Source: Octopus vulgaris
Taxonomy: Eukaryota
Length of the DNA stretch: 64,000 nt
Reading direction: 5' to 3'
Assembly (NCBI GenBank): GCA_951406725.2
Contig: OX597837.1
Location: 11,718,001-11,782,000, forward strand
Shown here: positions 39,606-51,317 of the stretch, piece by piece
Numbering within the stretch: position 1 is the first letter of the stretch
Layout of the letters: every line of letters begins with the position of its first letter
Notes under the pieces: generated by a model
The model's database searches: none
What the model was told of the DNA's origin: nothing
What the model saw: only the letters and a program-made list of their open reading frames with translations
Made by a program: the position numbers and the translations under genes

Positions 39606-40251
39606 TCCTTTTCCTTCTTCCTTCCTACTTTTTTCTTTGCGTGCAAACACGGAAAAGTGCTTGTGTTTACTAAATGCGTTTGTATATGTGTCTCGTGTGC
39701 AGTGTGTGTTCATGTGTATATTTATACGTCTGTTTGTTATTGTTATTGCTTTTTTTTCTTTTGTTATTTTTTAATTTAATTCTTTAAAAAGATTTTTTTA
39801 TTTGTTTTTCTCTCTCTTTTACCATTCTTTCTTCTTGGTTGTTTTTGTTATTTTCAAATTTTTTGTTTCTTGGCAGAGAAAAAGATGTGAAAAGTGAACG
39901 AGAAAGTACGAGTGTGCGCGTGTGTGTGCATATATATATATATATATATGTGTGTGCGTGTGCCTATAATTATATATATATATGTATATATAAGAATGTG
40001 TGTGTGTGCCTATATATATATATATATATATGAATGTGTGTGTATGCATATATATATATATGAGAATGTCTGTGTGTGCCTATATATATGTGTATATATA
40101 TATTTATGAGAATGTGTGTATAAATATGTATAGCTGCACATACATACATATATGCATACATATATATATATATGTATACATACAGACAGACACACACAAA
40201 TTCACATGTATATTTATACATGCATATATAGATGTATACATATATACATAC

Positions 40252-40284
<33 letters not shown>

Positions 40285-40867
40285 AATGTGTGTATTTACT
40301 ATGAATTTCTTCTTCCCTTGTATCTGCTTTAATAATAAGAATAATAATAAGAATAAGAATATAATAATAATAATAATAATAATAATAAAGACTTAAAAAC
40401 AAAAAAAAAGCTTCCCCTTCCTGACTTCCTTCCCACCCATCCCACCCCACTCCACTCCCCCCACATTCCTTGTTTTTGTTGTTGTTATCCTTTTCCCTGA
40501 TCCCCGGACTTTCCTCTCCTCTCCTCTACTCTGTTGTAATTAATAACGGCCACGACAATGACAATGATGATGATGATGTTGATGATTTGTGTATGTCTGT
40601 CACTATCTCTTATCCTTCTGGGGGGTTTTTCTTTTCCTCTCCCTGTCCCCTCACCCACTCCCACCCCTCCTCCCTTCACTGTGCTCCTTTCGGAGATAAT
40701 AGCAATGATCTATGTTATGTGATGGTTTGACAAACTGAAACTGGAGAGTGATGGAGCACTTATGATATAAAAAGAAACTTCTTTATATATTAACTGTTGC
40801 TTCCTCTGTTCATTTTTCTTCTTTTTTGAACTGTTGTAGTGTTGTTGTTGCTGTTGTTGTCCATTGA

Positions 40868-41150
40868 TTATTAACCTCTGCCTTAGCGAAGGCAGAGGTA
40901 TTGTTTTCAGTTGCATTTGTTTGTCTGTAGACAAGATATCTGAAGAACCACTGGATGGATTTGGATGAAACTTTCAGGGATGTTTGGCCTCGTGACTGGC
41001 ACAAACTGATTAGATTTTGGGATCGAACCAGTATCAGACAAGGATTCTGGATTATTTTTTTTTTACTTACTTTTTGAGCGCAATCAGGTTCATTTTTAAT
41101 ATTCTCATTTGTGAGAACAGCCAAGTTTATTTCAGATATTCTCATTTTAA
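40868..41150 (+). mobile_element. Possible Helentron-associated (HINE/DINE-like) element
   Basis: Terminal hairpin ACCTCTGCCT..AGGCAGAGGT, then GTTTGTCTGT and GGATGGATTTGGATGAAACTT; family assignment by recollection only. Confidence 0.45.
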
Positions 41151-42351
41151 AAATCTCCAGATAATCCCATATCTTGCTAAATGTCACCTTGGTACCTGAG
41201 GCAAAATTTGGTAATACACACATTTAACAATCAATTGGTTTACAACTATAACCATACACTTCCACAATCTCTGATCTTTCCCACTATTATGTATGTCATT
41301 TTGCAGAAAAGGCTGGAGAGCTTTCACTCTGTGCAATCTTACAATCAACTGATGTGGTGAGGATGCATTGAGGATAACAGTCAACCAGTGCACTATTTTT
41401 ATTCAGCAATCACAAACCATCAAAATATCCCAACAACACTTGCAAAAGCTGGGTGCTTTTTTGTATGTAAATTGAGTTTTGTGTTCAACACTGTTATGGA
41501 ACCTGGGCTACTTTCTCATGCACCAGACCTGGAACACCGCTCCTGCCATGCACACAAACATCCAAGATCACACCCAGGGCTGACCCATATTCAGTGCTGC
41601 TGTACATACATACAGATGTCCTAGACCAGGGATTCTCAACCATTTTTCACCTACGGACCCTTTTTATTATTTTATTCTAGAAAATTATATGGACCCTCGG
41701 GCCATATGAACACTGTCCTGGACTTGTCATACTAATCTAGTTATGTCCCTTGCATGACTCCTCTCCTGTCATTTCATCACCTGAATGACAAACTCATAAA
41801 ATTTACCCAGGTAAGTATGAAAGACAAAAGTTATTAAGAGGATTCGACCTGAACAGTCTTGGAGGACCTTTGAAGGCTATGGGCAGAGCTCTTTCTTCTT
41901 TGAAAATAACTCAATGAGGGGTGGGGAGCGCTTTCTTAATAGCCTTTGGTCAGAGCTATTATGCAACTTAGACAAGCCCAACTACAGGTCATACAGATTG
42001 AGTTATTTCCCTTCCATCACTCACTCTCCAGTCATATAATTTACCGAAGTGACCACCTCTTTGAATTCAATCCAAATGTGAACGACTAAAGTTGTTAATT
42101 ATAATTCTTATTTCAATTAACGAGGAACAAAAATGGTTAGTAATTTCTGTAACTACGTAGGTGTACCTCTCTGACTTTGTTTCCTCATAACTTTCAGAAA
42201 AATGGGGAATTTTTAATGAAATTTTCTACAAATACTTTACAGGGTAAATTATGATGAGATTGGAATTTAAATGTCAATCTCCTGACACAGGACATAATTT
42301 TTGCAAAATTCCAAGTTTCATTTTGTATGTATATACATAGCTATCTAAGAT

Positions 42352-42530
42352 GTTGTTATTATTATTATTATTATTATTGTTCAGGTCACTGCTTGGAATC
42401 GAACTCAGAATCTTGGGTGTAGTAGCCAGCGCTCTGAACCGCTACGCCATATGCCCGTAGTTAAGAGTGCGGGCTACTAAACCCCAAGATACCAAGTTCA
42501 ATTCCAGGCAGTGACCTGAATAATAATAAA
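42352..42530. mobile_element. Head-to-head pair of tRNA-like SINE heads with (AAT)n tails
   Basis: Minus copy GGGCATATGGCGTAGCGG..GAGTTCGATTCC..GTGACCTGAACAATAAT (A and B boxes) joined to a 5'-truncated plus copy. Confidence 0.65.
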
Positions 42531-43054
42531 AAAAAAAAAATATTGTAGTAGTAGTAGTAGTACTGGTGATAGTAGTGCAGTCAAAAATAGAACCCTTTAT
42601 CCCTTTCCCTGAGGGAGTTTGAAAGCAAACCCTCTTCCTCCTCCCCCCCATCCACCTCACCATTTCTCTCAACTGGATCTTCTGCAATCCAGCTTTAATT
42701 TACCCAATTAAATTTATTTCGAAATTAATAAATTAAGATCTTGAAATCCGTTTAAGCAATAACAGCAACAACTTTTTATTTTAATTATTATCAACTGACA
42801 ACGAGTCGGGACAAACAGACAGACAACGAGCAAGTGAGACAGGGAGGGGGAGGGAGAGGAAGTGTGACAGAGTAACCAAGGGAGAGAGGCAGTGAGCAAG
42901 TGTGAAGGGAAGAGAGAGACAGACAGAATAGAGGGAGGGGGCAAGAAAAACATTAAAAGAAAAAGACAACGAAAGAAGAAAAAAAAAGAAAGGAAATGAG
43001 TTTTTCTGAATTTTTTGTCTTTTTTTTTTTTTTTTTTTAATCTCCGAAGAGGAA

Positions 43055-43060
43055 TTTATT
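43055..43060 (-). terminator. Candidate ERGIC3 polyadenylation signal
   Basis: AATAAA on the minus strand 10 nt after the TGA. Confidence 0.45.
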
Positions 43061-43070
43061 GAGTCAAGTG

Positions 43071-43150
43071 TCAGGAAGCTTTTCCGAGTTCTATCTTTTT
43101 CTGAATTGCTCTCGATGAATGGTAAATCATGGAATCGATGAGTCCCGCCA
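43071..43150 (-). CDS. ERGIC3: ERGIC3 terminal coding exon
   Basis: ttccag acceptor; encodes (V)AGLIDSMIYHSSRAIQKKIELGKAS*, the typical ERGIC3/Erv46 cytosolic tail. Confidence 0.95.
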
Positions 43151-43349
43151 CTGGAATACATAAAAACAAGAAGAAGACACACGATGAGAGGAAAGATTTA
43201 AATATACTGAATTTATAATTATTTGTGTTGGGTTTTTTTTGGGGGGGGGGGGGGGGTTTCACAAATGACAAGCGTTTAATTTTAGAAATTAAGAAAGATC
43301 AAATAAGGAAAATTTTAAATCCTTCAAATTTCAAAATGGCAATGAAATA

Positions 43350-43605
43350 CATCATCATCACCACCATCACCCTCACTACCATCACCACCACCACCATCAT
43401 CATCACCACCCCCCACCACCATCACCACCGCCATCATCATCATCACCACCACTACCATCACCACCATCATCATTATCACCACCATCACCTCCACTACCAT
43501 CACCACCACCGCCATCATCATCATCACCGCCATCACCCCCCCCCCACCACCACTGCCATCATCACCCCCACCACCGCCATCATCATCATCATCATCATCA
43601 TCACT
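43350..43605. repeat. (CAT/CAC)n microsatellite
   Basis: Direct reading. Confidence 0.95.
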
Positions 43606-43934
43606 TAGACATCCACTTTTCCATGCTTGCATGAGGTCAGACGCAAATTCATTGATGCAGATTGTCTATGGTCAAATAGCCATCTAGTCACCAATCCTCA
43701 CCTTTTTCCAAGCAAGGGCAGATATGTTCCTGGCCCCATGGCCAGATATGTTTTTCACAGAAAACTGAAACAACCGGGATGCTCTTCCTGTCTCCAACCC
43801 CTATCAGTTTTCCAACCAAGGGAGATTTCTTTTTATTCTACAAGTCTTCAATAGCACAAAGCATCAACAAGTAATGTAAACAACATCACCGTTTTCATTC
43901 AAATGGTGACAAGCATGGAACGTCAACATCCAAT

Positions 43935-43965
<31 letters not shown>

Positions 43966-44822
43966 GATGGGCTTTGTACAGTTTTTGTCAACCAGATCCA
44001 CTTAGAAGGCAGAGATTGACCCATGGCGATGGCGGTGGTACCTTTACCATTTCTCAGTCATTAGACCGTGGCCATGCTGGGGCACCATCTTGAAGAGTAT
44101 TTTGTCAAATGAATTGACCCCCAGTGTTTTTTTTTTAAAGCCTGGTACTTATTCTATCAATCTCTTTTGCCAAACCACTGAGTCACAGGGATATAAACAA
44201 ACCAACACCAGTTATCAAGCAGTAGTAGGCGACAAGCACAGACACACACATATACACATTTATACATTACACATATATACACATACCTATATATATACAC
44301 ACACATACATATATACACATTTATACACACACACATATATATACACATATACCTATATATACACACACATATATACACATATACCTATACATGCATATAT
44401 ACATACAAAGAATGGGCTTCTTTCAATTTCCAACTACCAAATCCATTCACAAGGCTTTGGTCAGCCTGAGGCTATAGTAGAAGACACTTGCCCAAGGTAC
44501 CACACAATGGGACTGAACCTGGAACCATGTGGTTGGTAAGCAAACTTCTTACCACACAGCCACACTTAAGAAGGTCCCCTGTATTTGAATGCCTATCACA
44601 CATAATAATGAAATTGCATTACATAATCAGGTGTCACAGCACCTTTCTATCCTTAGATACGTTTCTTGTAAGTCTTAAGAATGGTTAAGAGCCGGAACTG
44701 GAACACAAATAAAATGAAAAAAAAAAAAAAAAACTAATAACAACCAACTCAGAAGAGAAACGACAACCTGTTGTTATTAACAAGAATGCTTCATCAGCAA
44801 AGAGAGGTAAAATAAAACTCAC

Positions 44823-44878
44823 CTGTAAATATCCCACCTATTATTGCACAGACACCTGTGAGAAAATGCATGAAAGAT
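44823..44878 (-). CDS. ERGIC3: ERGIC3 penultimate coding exon (transmembrane segment)
   Basis: tttgcag acceptor, gtgagt donor; encodes SFMHFLTGVCAIIGGIFT; 56 nt. Confidence 0.95.
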
Positions 44879-46841
44879 CTGCAAAAAAGAGGAGGATAGG
44901 GATCAAACATTATGAAGAACTTGGGGGACATTATAATTTTGTCATTATTAGTCTGGTGTAAGGTGGGGAGCTGGACGAAATGCTTAGCGGTTTTCACCCG
45001 TCGTTATGTCCTCGGTTCAAATTCCGCCAAGGTCGACTTTGCCTTTCATCCTTTCGGGGTCAATAAATAAAGTACCAGTTTTGCACTGGGGTCGATGTAA
45101 TCGACTTAATCTCTTTGTTTCTCCCTTCTATGTTTAGCCCCCTGTGGGCAATAAAGAAATAAGAAAACTACTGAAGACTCTGTATTTAGGCAAAGAATAT
45201 GATCCTAAACAAACCAAATTTAATGATAGCAATTAAAAAAAATGACATTAATTATACAAAAGTTAATCAAGTGAGATTATTTCACCTTTGAAATTACACT
45301 CCGTCATTATGTATATATAGTTCAAATGTGGTAAAAAAACAAAAGAGAGAGACAGGTGAGGAAACAACAAAAATGGTGTATTAGTTTGATGCTGAGGAAA
45401 AATGGAAGAGTCTTTGATGTTTTGAGCCTTTGCTCTTCAGCAGAAAGGAACGAGGAAAGAAAATGGAGAGAGAAAAAAATGTCACATGTCAAATTCACTG
45501 GAAGGAGAGATAATAGTAACTCAGCTTAAGTGTGTGTGTGTGTGTGTATGGGCAAGCATAAGATTGCATATATATATAATATATATATATACTCTTTTAC
45601 TTGTTTCAGTCATTTGACTGCGGCCATGCTGGAGCACCGCCTTTAATCGAGCAACTCGACCCCGGGACTTATTCTTTGTAAGCCCAGTACTTATTCTATC
45701 GGCCTCTTTTGCCGAACTGCTAAGTAACGGGGACATAAACACACCAGCATCGGTTGTCAAACAATGCTAGGGGGACAAACAGACACACAAACATACACGT
45801 GCACACACACACACACATATATATATATACACATATATACGACGGGCTTCTTTCAATTTCCGTCTACCAAATCCACTCACAAGGCTTTGGTCGGCCCGAG
45901 GCTATAGTAGAAGACACTTGCCCAAGGTGCCACGCAGTGGGACTGAACCCGGAACCATGTGGTTGGTAAGCAAGCTACTTACCACACAGCCACTCCTGCG
46001 CCTATATATACATATATATATATTTCATGATTTTATATATATTCAGTCGCCATGATTGACCACTAACTCCAAAAGTTTTTTTTTTATTCTCTCTTTGTTT
46101 ATTTCCTCATGTTCCTTCCTGCTGAAGAGCGTAGGATCGAAGTATAAAAGACTTTCTCACCTTCCCGAGTGTCAAACTTATACACCTGCTTGTTGTTTAT
46201 ACCCCTTCGTCTTTTGTTTTTCTGTAAATTTCAACTATGTATATATATATCACTGTGACCATGGCTGACCAGGCTGTCAGATGTTGCTACACGTCACTGA
46301 TCACAATGCGCTTCACATAGTTTTAGCTTTCAAATGACACCACCCCGCTGGCTAAGTGAGCAGGCCAACAGAAGAAAGTTGTGGCAAAAGAGTACAGCAG
46401 GGATTGCCACCACCCCCTGCCGGAGCTTCGTGGAGCTATAGGTGTTTTCGCTCAAAAAACACTCACAACGCCCGGTCTGGGAATCAAAACCGCGATCCTA
46501 CGACCGCGAGTCTGCTGCCCTAACCACTGGGCTATTGCACCTCCATGTATATGTGTATATATATATATATAAATGTAAAAATACAAAATGGGACAAGAAC
46601 GCAAAGCATCCAGAAGACGATACAAAAAATACGGATGGGTCATTCGAAGCCTTTAATTTTCAGTCGAGAACTGGATCATCCTCACAATTTCAGCTGATTA
46701 ATCTTGAGATTGCTCCAATCTGGCCAGCCCCAAGGAAAAACCAAGCTAAGAGCATTAGATTCCTTAGACCAACTAATGTAAGAGGAAATAGAAAAGCAAG
46801 CAAGGGCAAGGTTGAAGAATTCTTGTCTCGGGTATACTCAC

Positions 46842-46978
46842 CTCTGTTTCTCTGTATAACTGACCATCATTGGAGAGAGTTCATACATAATGAACATTCC
46901 TGGTAGTCCAGAGTCGCCGAATCCTGAAGAGATCACTTTGGAATGCCGGGTCACTGAGAACTGGTTGCTATGCACAAT
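46842..46978 (-). CDS. ERGIC3: ERGIC3 internal exon
   Basis: tttacag acceptor, gtgagt donor; encodes IVHSNQFSVTRHSKVISSGFGDSGLPGMFIMYELSPMMVSYTEKQ(R); 137 nt. Confidence 0.95.
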
Positions 46979-47297
46979 CTGTAAAGTATACAATACATAA
47001 ATAAACACCTGTATATTTTTATTATTATTATTATTATCATCGTTGCCGTCATCATTCAGTGTCCATGTTCCATGCTGGAATGGGTCGGACAGTTTGACAG
47101 GATCCAAGAGTCCAAGGACATCACGCACCAGCATGGTTTCTATGGCTGGATGCCCTTCCTAATCCTTTCTACTATAGGTACAAGGCCTTAAATTTGGAGG
47201 AGGGGGACAGTCGATTAAATCGACTCCAATATGTAGCTGGTACTAAATTTGCATTATTTACATTCAATGGATATTTGTCCTCATCTTGTTTGTTGCT

Positions 47298-47343
47298 AAC
47301 ACAACATTTCAACTGATATACCCTCCAGCCTTCATCAGGTGTC
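47298..47343 (-). ncRNA. Minimal type I hammerhead ribozyme motif
   Basis: Minus strand reads GACAC-CUGAUGA-A-GGCUG..CAGUU-GAAA-UG-UU-GUGUU; intact core, stems I and II pair (with G-U), stem III reduced as in Penelope-type hammerheads. Confidence 0.65.
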
Positions 47344-47398
47344 TTGGGGAAAATTTGAACCAGGTTTCTCATTCCTAAGGTATTTTCGATGTTGTTAT

Positions 47399-47750
47399 GT
47401 TTTTGGCTCAAAAAGCAAAAAGCAAGGCCATGGAGTTATGTATAGAGGAGGTGGGTGTTCATGCAAAGATTTCAGGCCATTTCTGGTCAAGGGAGACTTT
47501 GAACCGAATGGTCGTCGGCTTCTTCACTATCTTGTCCGGCAGCTTATTCCACGGATCCGCAACCCGGACAGAGAAAGCCCCTCTCCTTCGATTGAGGTGA
47601 AATCGTCGCAGATAGAGCTTTTCGGAGTGACCCCGCAGCCGACGCTCTGGAGCAGGAGTGAAGAACAGCTCTTTCGAGAGGTTACACTTTCCGCTTATGA
47701 TGGTGTGAGCAAGAATGAGATCACCACGGCGGTGGCGTTTTTCTAGAGAT
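47399..47750 (-). mobile_element. CR1-type LINE 3' fragment
   Basis: Minus strand RLRGHSEKL...FSVRVADPWNKLP...FKVSLD; flanked by TGTTGTTAT direct repeats (47390-47398, 47751-47759). Confidence 0.75.
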
Positions 47751-48146
47751 TGTTGTTATTATTATTGTTGTTCAGGTCACTGTGTGTGTGTGTGTGCATA
47801 ACTGAAGCATCCGCATCAACTCCAAAACTGAATCAAAGCTGCTACTATATGGTCACTCAGTGTGCTAAACATAACAGCTAAACCTAAACTGCCACCAAAT
47901 CCCATCCTACCATCACTCAACGTAGTCCTACATGACTGTAAAACAACAGGAAATAGCAGCCAAATCCCCCTCAAATCACACCGGTTCTCACTGCATTAGA
48001 CAAAGACATTGCTATAGCTCTAGATAACATGTACCATGAAGAAAGAAGGGATGGTCACAGCTGGAATGGTGCCTAAAATCACAGGTCTGCTGGATCAAGA
48101 GTTTACTTAGGGATACTCAGCCACAACAACAAAGATGATTACTTAC

Positions 48147-48211
48147 ACTGCCGTCAATTTTTACATACATTGTTGGTACGATCTTCACAAAATACTGAAA
48201 CATCATTTGTT
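48147..48211 (-). CDS. ERGIC3: ERGIC3 internal exon
   Basis: tttgcag acceptor, gtaagt donor; encodes (E)QMMFQYFVKIVPTMYVKIDGS; 65 nt. Confidence 0.95.
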
Positions 48212-49258
48212 CTGCAAAAACACAAACAAAGCAATAATTAAATAAATAAATATATAAGCAAATTAATTAGTAAGTGTAATTAGTAATTACAAATTAATTA
48301 GGAAGTGCATAAAAATGTCATTTGTTTTTTTCTTTATATCATGATAGGCTCAGTCGTGGCTGAGTGGTTAAGAAGTTTGCTTTACAACCATGTGGTTTCA
48401 AGTTCAGTTCCACAGTGCAGCACACCTGGGGCCAGTGTCTTCTACTAAGGCCCCAGGATGACCAATGCCTTGTAAGTGAAGATGCAAGATGGAAACTTGA
48501 CCCCGGGACTTATTCTTTGTAAGCCCAGTACTTATTCTATCGGTCTCTTTTGCCGAACTGCTAAGTGACGGGGACATAAATACACCAGCATCGGTTGTCA
48601 AGCGATGTTGGATGGGACAAACACAGACACACACACATATATACGACAGGCTTCTTTCAGTTTCCGTCTACCAAATCCAGTCACAGGGCTTTGGTCGGCC
48701 CGAGGCTATAGAAGACGACACTCGCCCAAGGTGCCACGCAGTGGGACTTAACCTGGAACCATGTGGTTGGTAAGCAAGCCACTCCTGCGCCTATATATAT
48801 ATATATATATATATATATCGTTACTATTATGTTAAACTGTTGTATGTCGAAATTTGGCCAAATGTGTTTTTTTTTCTCAATATATATTTTGCTTCCAATA
48901 GCCACTTCTTTTGGTCAAGCTGTATCTTTTGGTCATGCTGTATCTCAAGCTGCTTCAGATGATGCCAAGACATCAAAAATTGTCAAAGTGTAGTACAACG
49001 GTTTTGCTATGGAAATGGTGAAACTATTTTTTCCTTTCCTGAAAAAGCAACGTTTTGGACTTACGACACTTTTGCATAATAGCAACAATATATATATATA
49101 TAAATCATTTTACCTTTGCCCATATAATACAGTAAATGAATTGATTGCATCGCAATCCTTAAAATTTATGTATTAACTTTGTTGGGTACTTCACTAGCAG
49201 TATATTGGATATATGTTATCCCATGGAGGGTTGCATTTACAACCCCTATCTCAATTTG

Positions 49259-49291
<33 letters not shown>

Positions 49292-49310
49292 ATATATATA
49301 TGTATATATA

Positions 49311-49562
49311 TACCAGAGTAAACACATAAATGTGAAACAAGGTGGAAAAAAGAGTTCTCAAATACCAGAGGTAGAGTAATATGCTTTATTTAAAAGCAGC
49401 AGAAATTTAACAAAACAGTTTTGTTAAAATAGAACCGAGATGACAATTCTATCAAGTCTTGAATACAATTGTCATCTCGGTTTTATTTCAACAAAGCTGT
49501 CCGACGAATGGGAAACTCCGAGTAACAGCTTTTGTTAAATTTCTGCTGCTTTTAAATAAAAC
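49311..49562. mobile_element. Second copy of the 23521 fold-back family
   Basis: Shares the tail (reverse complemented) and arms with 23521-23752; extra internal hairpin AACCGAGATGACAATT/AATTGTCATCTCGGTT. Confidence 0.65.
49493..49532 (+). ncRNA. Hammerhead-like motif lacking stem II (minizyme-like)
   Basis: AAAGCUGU-CCGACGA-augg-GAAA-CUC-C-GAG-UA-ACAGCUUU; perfect 8-bp stem I. Confidence 0.55.
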
Positions 49563-50119
49563 ATATATATATGTAGGCGTAGGAGTGACTGTGTGGTAAG
49601 TAGCTTGCTAACCAACCACATGGTCCCGGGTTCAGTCCCACTGCGTGGCATCTTGAGCAAGTGTATTCTGCTATAGCCCCGGGCCGACCAATGCCTTGTG
49701 AGTGGATTTGGTAGACGGAAACTGAAAAGAAGCCTGTCGTATATATGTATATATATATATGTATGTGTGTGTCTGCTGTGTTTGTCCCCCTAGCATTACT
49801 TGACAACCGATGCTGGTGTGTTTACGTCCCCGTCACTTAGCGGTTCGGCAAAAGAGACCAATAGAATAAGTACTGGGCTTACAAAGAATAAGTCCTGGGG
49901 TCGATTTGCTCGACTAAAGGCGGTGCCCCAGCATGGCCGCAGTCAAAATGACTGAAACAAGTAAAAGAGAGTATATATATAGAGTGGTGAGGCCATGTAA
50001 AAAATATCCAGTCTACACTGTAAAGTGGTTGTCATTTGGAAGGGAATCCAGCTGGGAAAACCTTGCCAAAACTGACCCCCACCTGGGCTTCTGCCACATA
50101 AAGAATTGGAGAATTAGAG

Positions 50120-50775
50120 AGAAAGTAATAAAGGAAAAACAAGTTAGAGGTGAGAGAGAGGAAAAGGGACAAAAAGTTTTGAGAGAAAGAAAAAGACAAA
50201 GAAAATATTAGAAGAAAGAAAAAAGACAGAAAGGGAAGAGAGAAAGAAGGAAAAAAGAAAGACAGAAAGGGAGGAAAGAAAGAGAGAAAGAAGGAAAAAA
50301 AGGAAGGAAGAAAGAGAAGAAAGACAGAAAGAGAAGAAAGAAAGAAGGGAAAAAAGGAAGGAAGAAAGAAAGAGAGAAAGAAGGAAAAAAGGAAGGAAGA
50401 AAGAGAAGAAAGAAAGACAGAAAAAAGGAAAAAAGAAAGAAAGAGAGAAAGAAGGGAAAAAAGGAAGGAAGAAAGAGAAGAAAGAAAGACAGAAAGAAAG
50501 AGAGAAAGAAGGAAAAAAAAGAAGGAAGAAAGAGAGAAAGAAGGAAAAAAGGAAGGAAGAAAGAAAGACAGAAAGAAGGAAAAAAGGAAGGAAGAAAGAG
50601 AAGAAAGAAAGAAAGACAAAGAAGGAAAAAAGAAAGAAAGAGAGAAAGAAGGAAAAAAGAAAGAAAGAGAGAAAGAAGGAAAAAAGAAAGGAAGGAAGAA
50701 AGAAAAGAAATACAGAAAGGGAAGAAAGAGAGAGAAAGAAAAAGACAAAGAAAGGAAGAGAAGAAAGAAAGGCGA
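50120..50775. repeat. Polypurine (GAAA-type) tract
   Basis: Direct reading. Confidence 0.95.
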
Positions 50776-50807
50776 AGCAGAAGCAGGTAAGGGAGACAAC
50801 TATCAAT

Positions 50808-50952
50808 CCGGAAGTGACGTTGAGAGAGGCCGGTGAGAGAGAGAGAGAGAGAGAAGAGGAGGCGAAGGTTCCCCTGGAAAGAAATCAGATTAATAATAGT
50901 CTGCTCTGTCTCTCGGGAATAAGATTTGCACAAAGGATCGGGAGATTATCAG
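50808..50952 (+). promoter_or_regulatory. Candidate ROMO1 promoter and non-coding first exon
   Basis: CCGGAAGTGACGT (overlapping ETS and CRE) at 50808-50820, local CpG enrichment, possible donor AG|gttcgt after 50952. The ROMO1 ATG exon starts with an acceptor, so an upstream exon is expected. Confidence 0.5.
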
Positions 50953-51284
50953 GTTCGTAAACGCGCATCCATTCTCTCTTATGCAAACCAATTCCCTCCT
51001 CTAAATATCCATATTGCTGCTTCTTTAATATATATTATTTTTTCCTTCCACCAAACATGCCAACACTTTGCTTCTATTTTTCTTTGGTTTCAAGACAAAC
51101 CTTGCCCCCACGCTGCTTTCTTTCACTAGTTTATAGTTTTGTAAACCCTTTAGCATATATATATGAACTGGCCAATTACCTGACCCCTAATAATCTACCT
51201 GTTCTATGCCCAAAGCGACCGAACCTGGCTTCTCGCCTCTACCCTACAATGCCAAATGTTATTCTAAAAAAATAAACCGTCGTA

Positions 51285-51317
<33 letters not shown>

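Noticed and set aside
40941-40980. CTGAAGA...GAAAC resembling a hammerhead
   Set aside because: Stems I and III do not form; it is part of a HINE-like repeat.
46570-46765. TA-flanked repeat with a GAAA-containing hairpin on the minus strand
   Set aside because: No CUGANGA core is identifiable, so no ribozyme call is supported.
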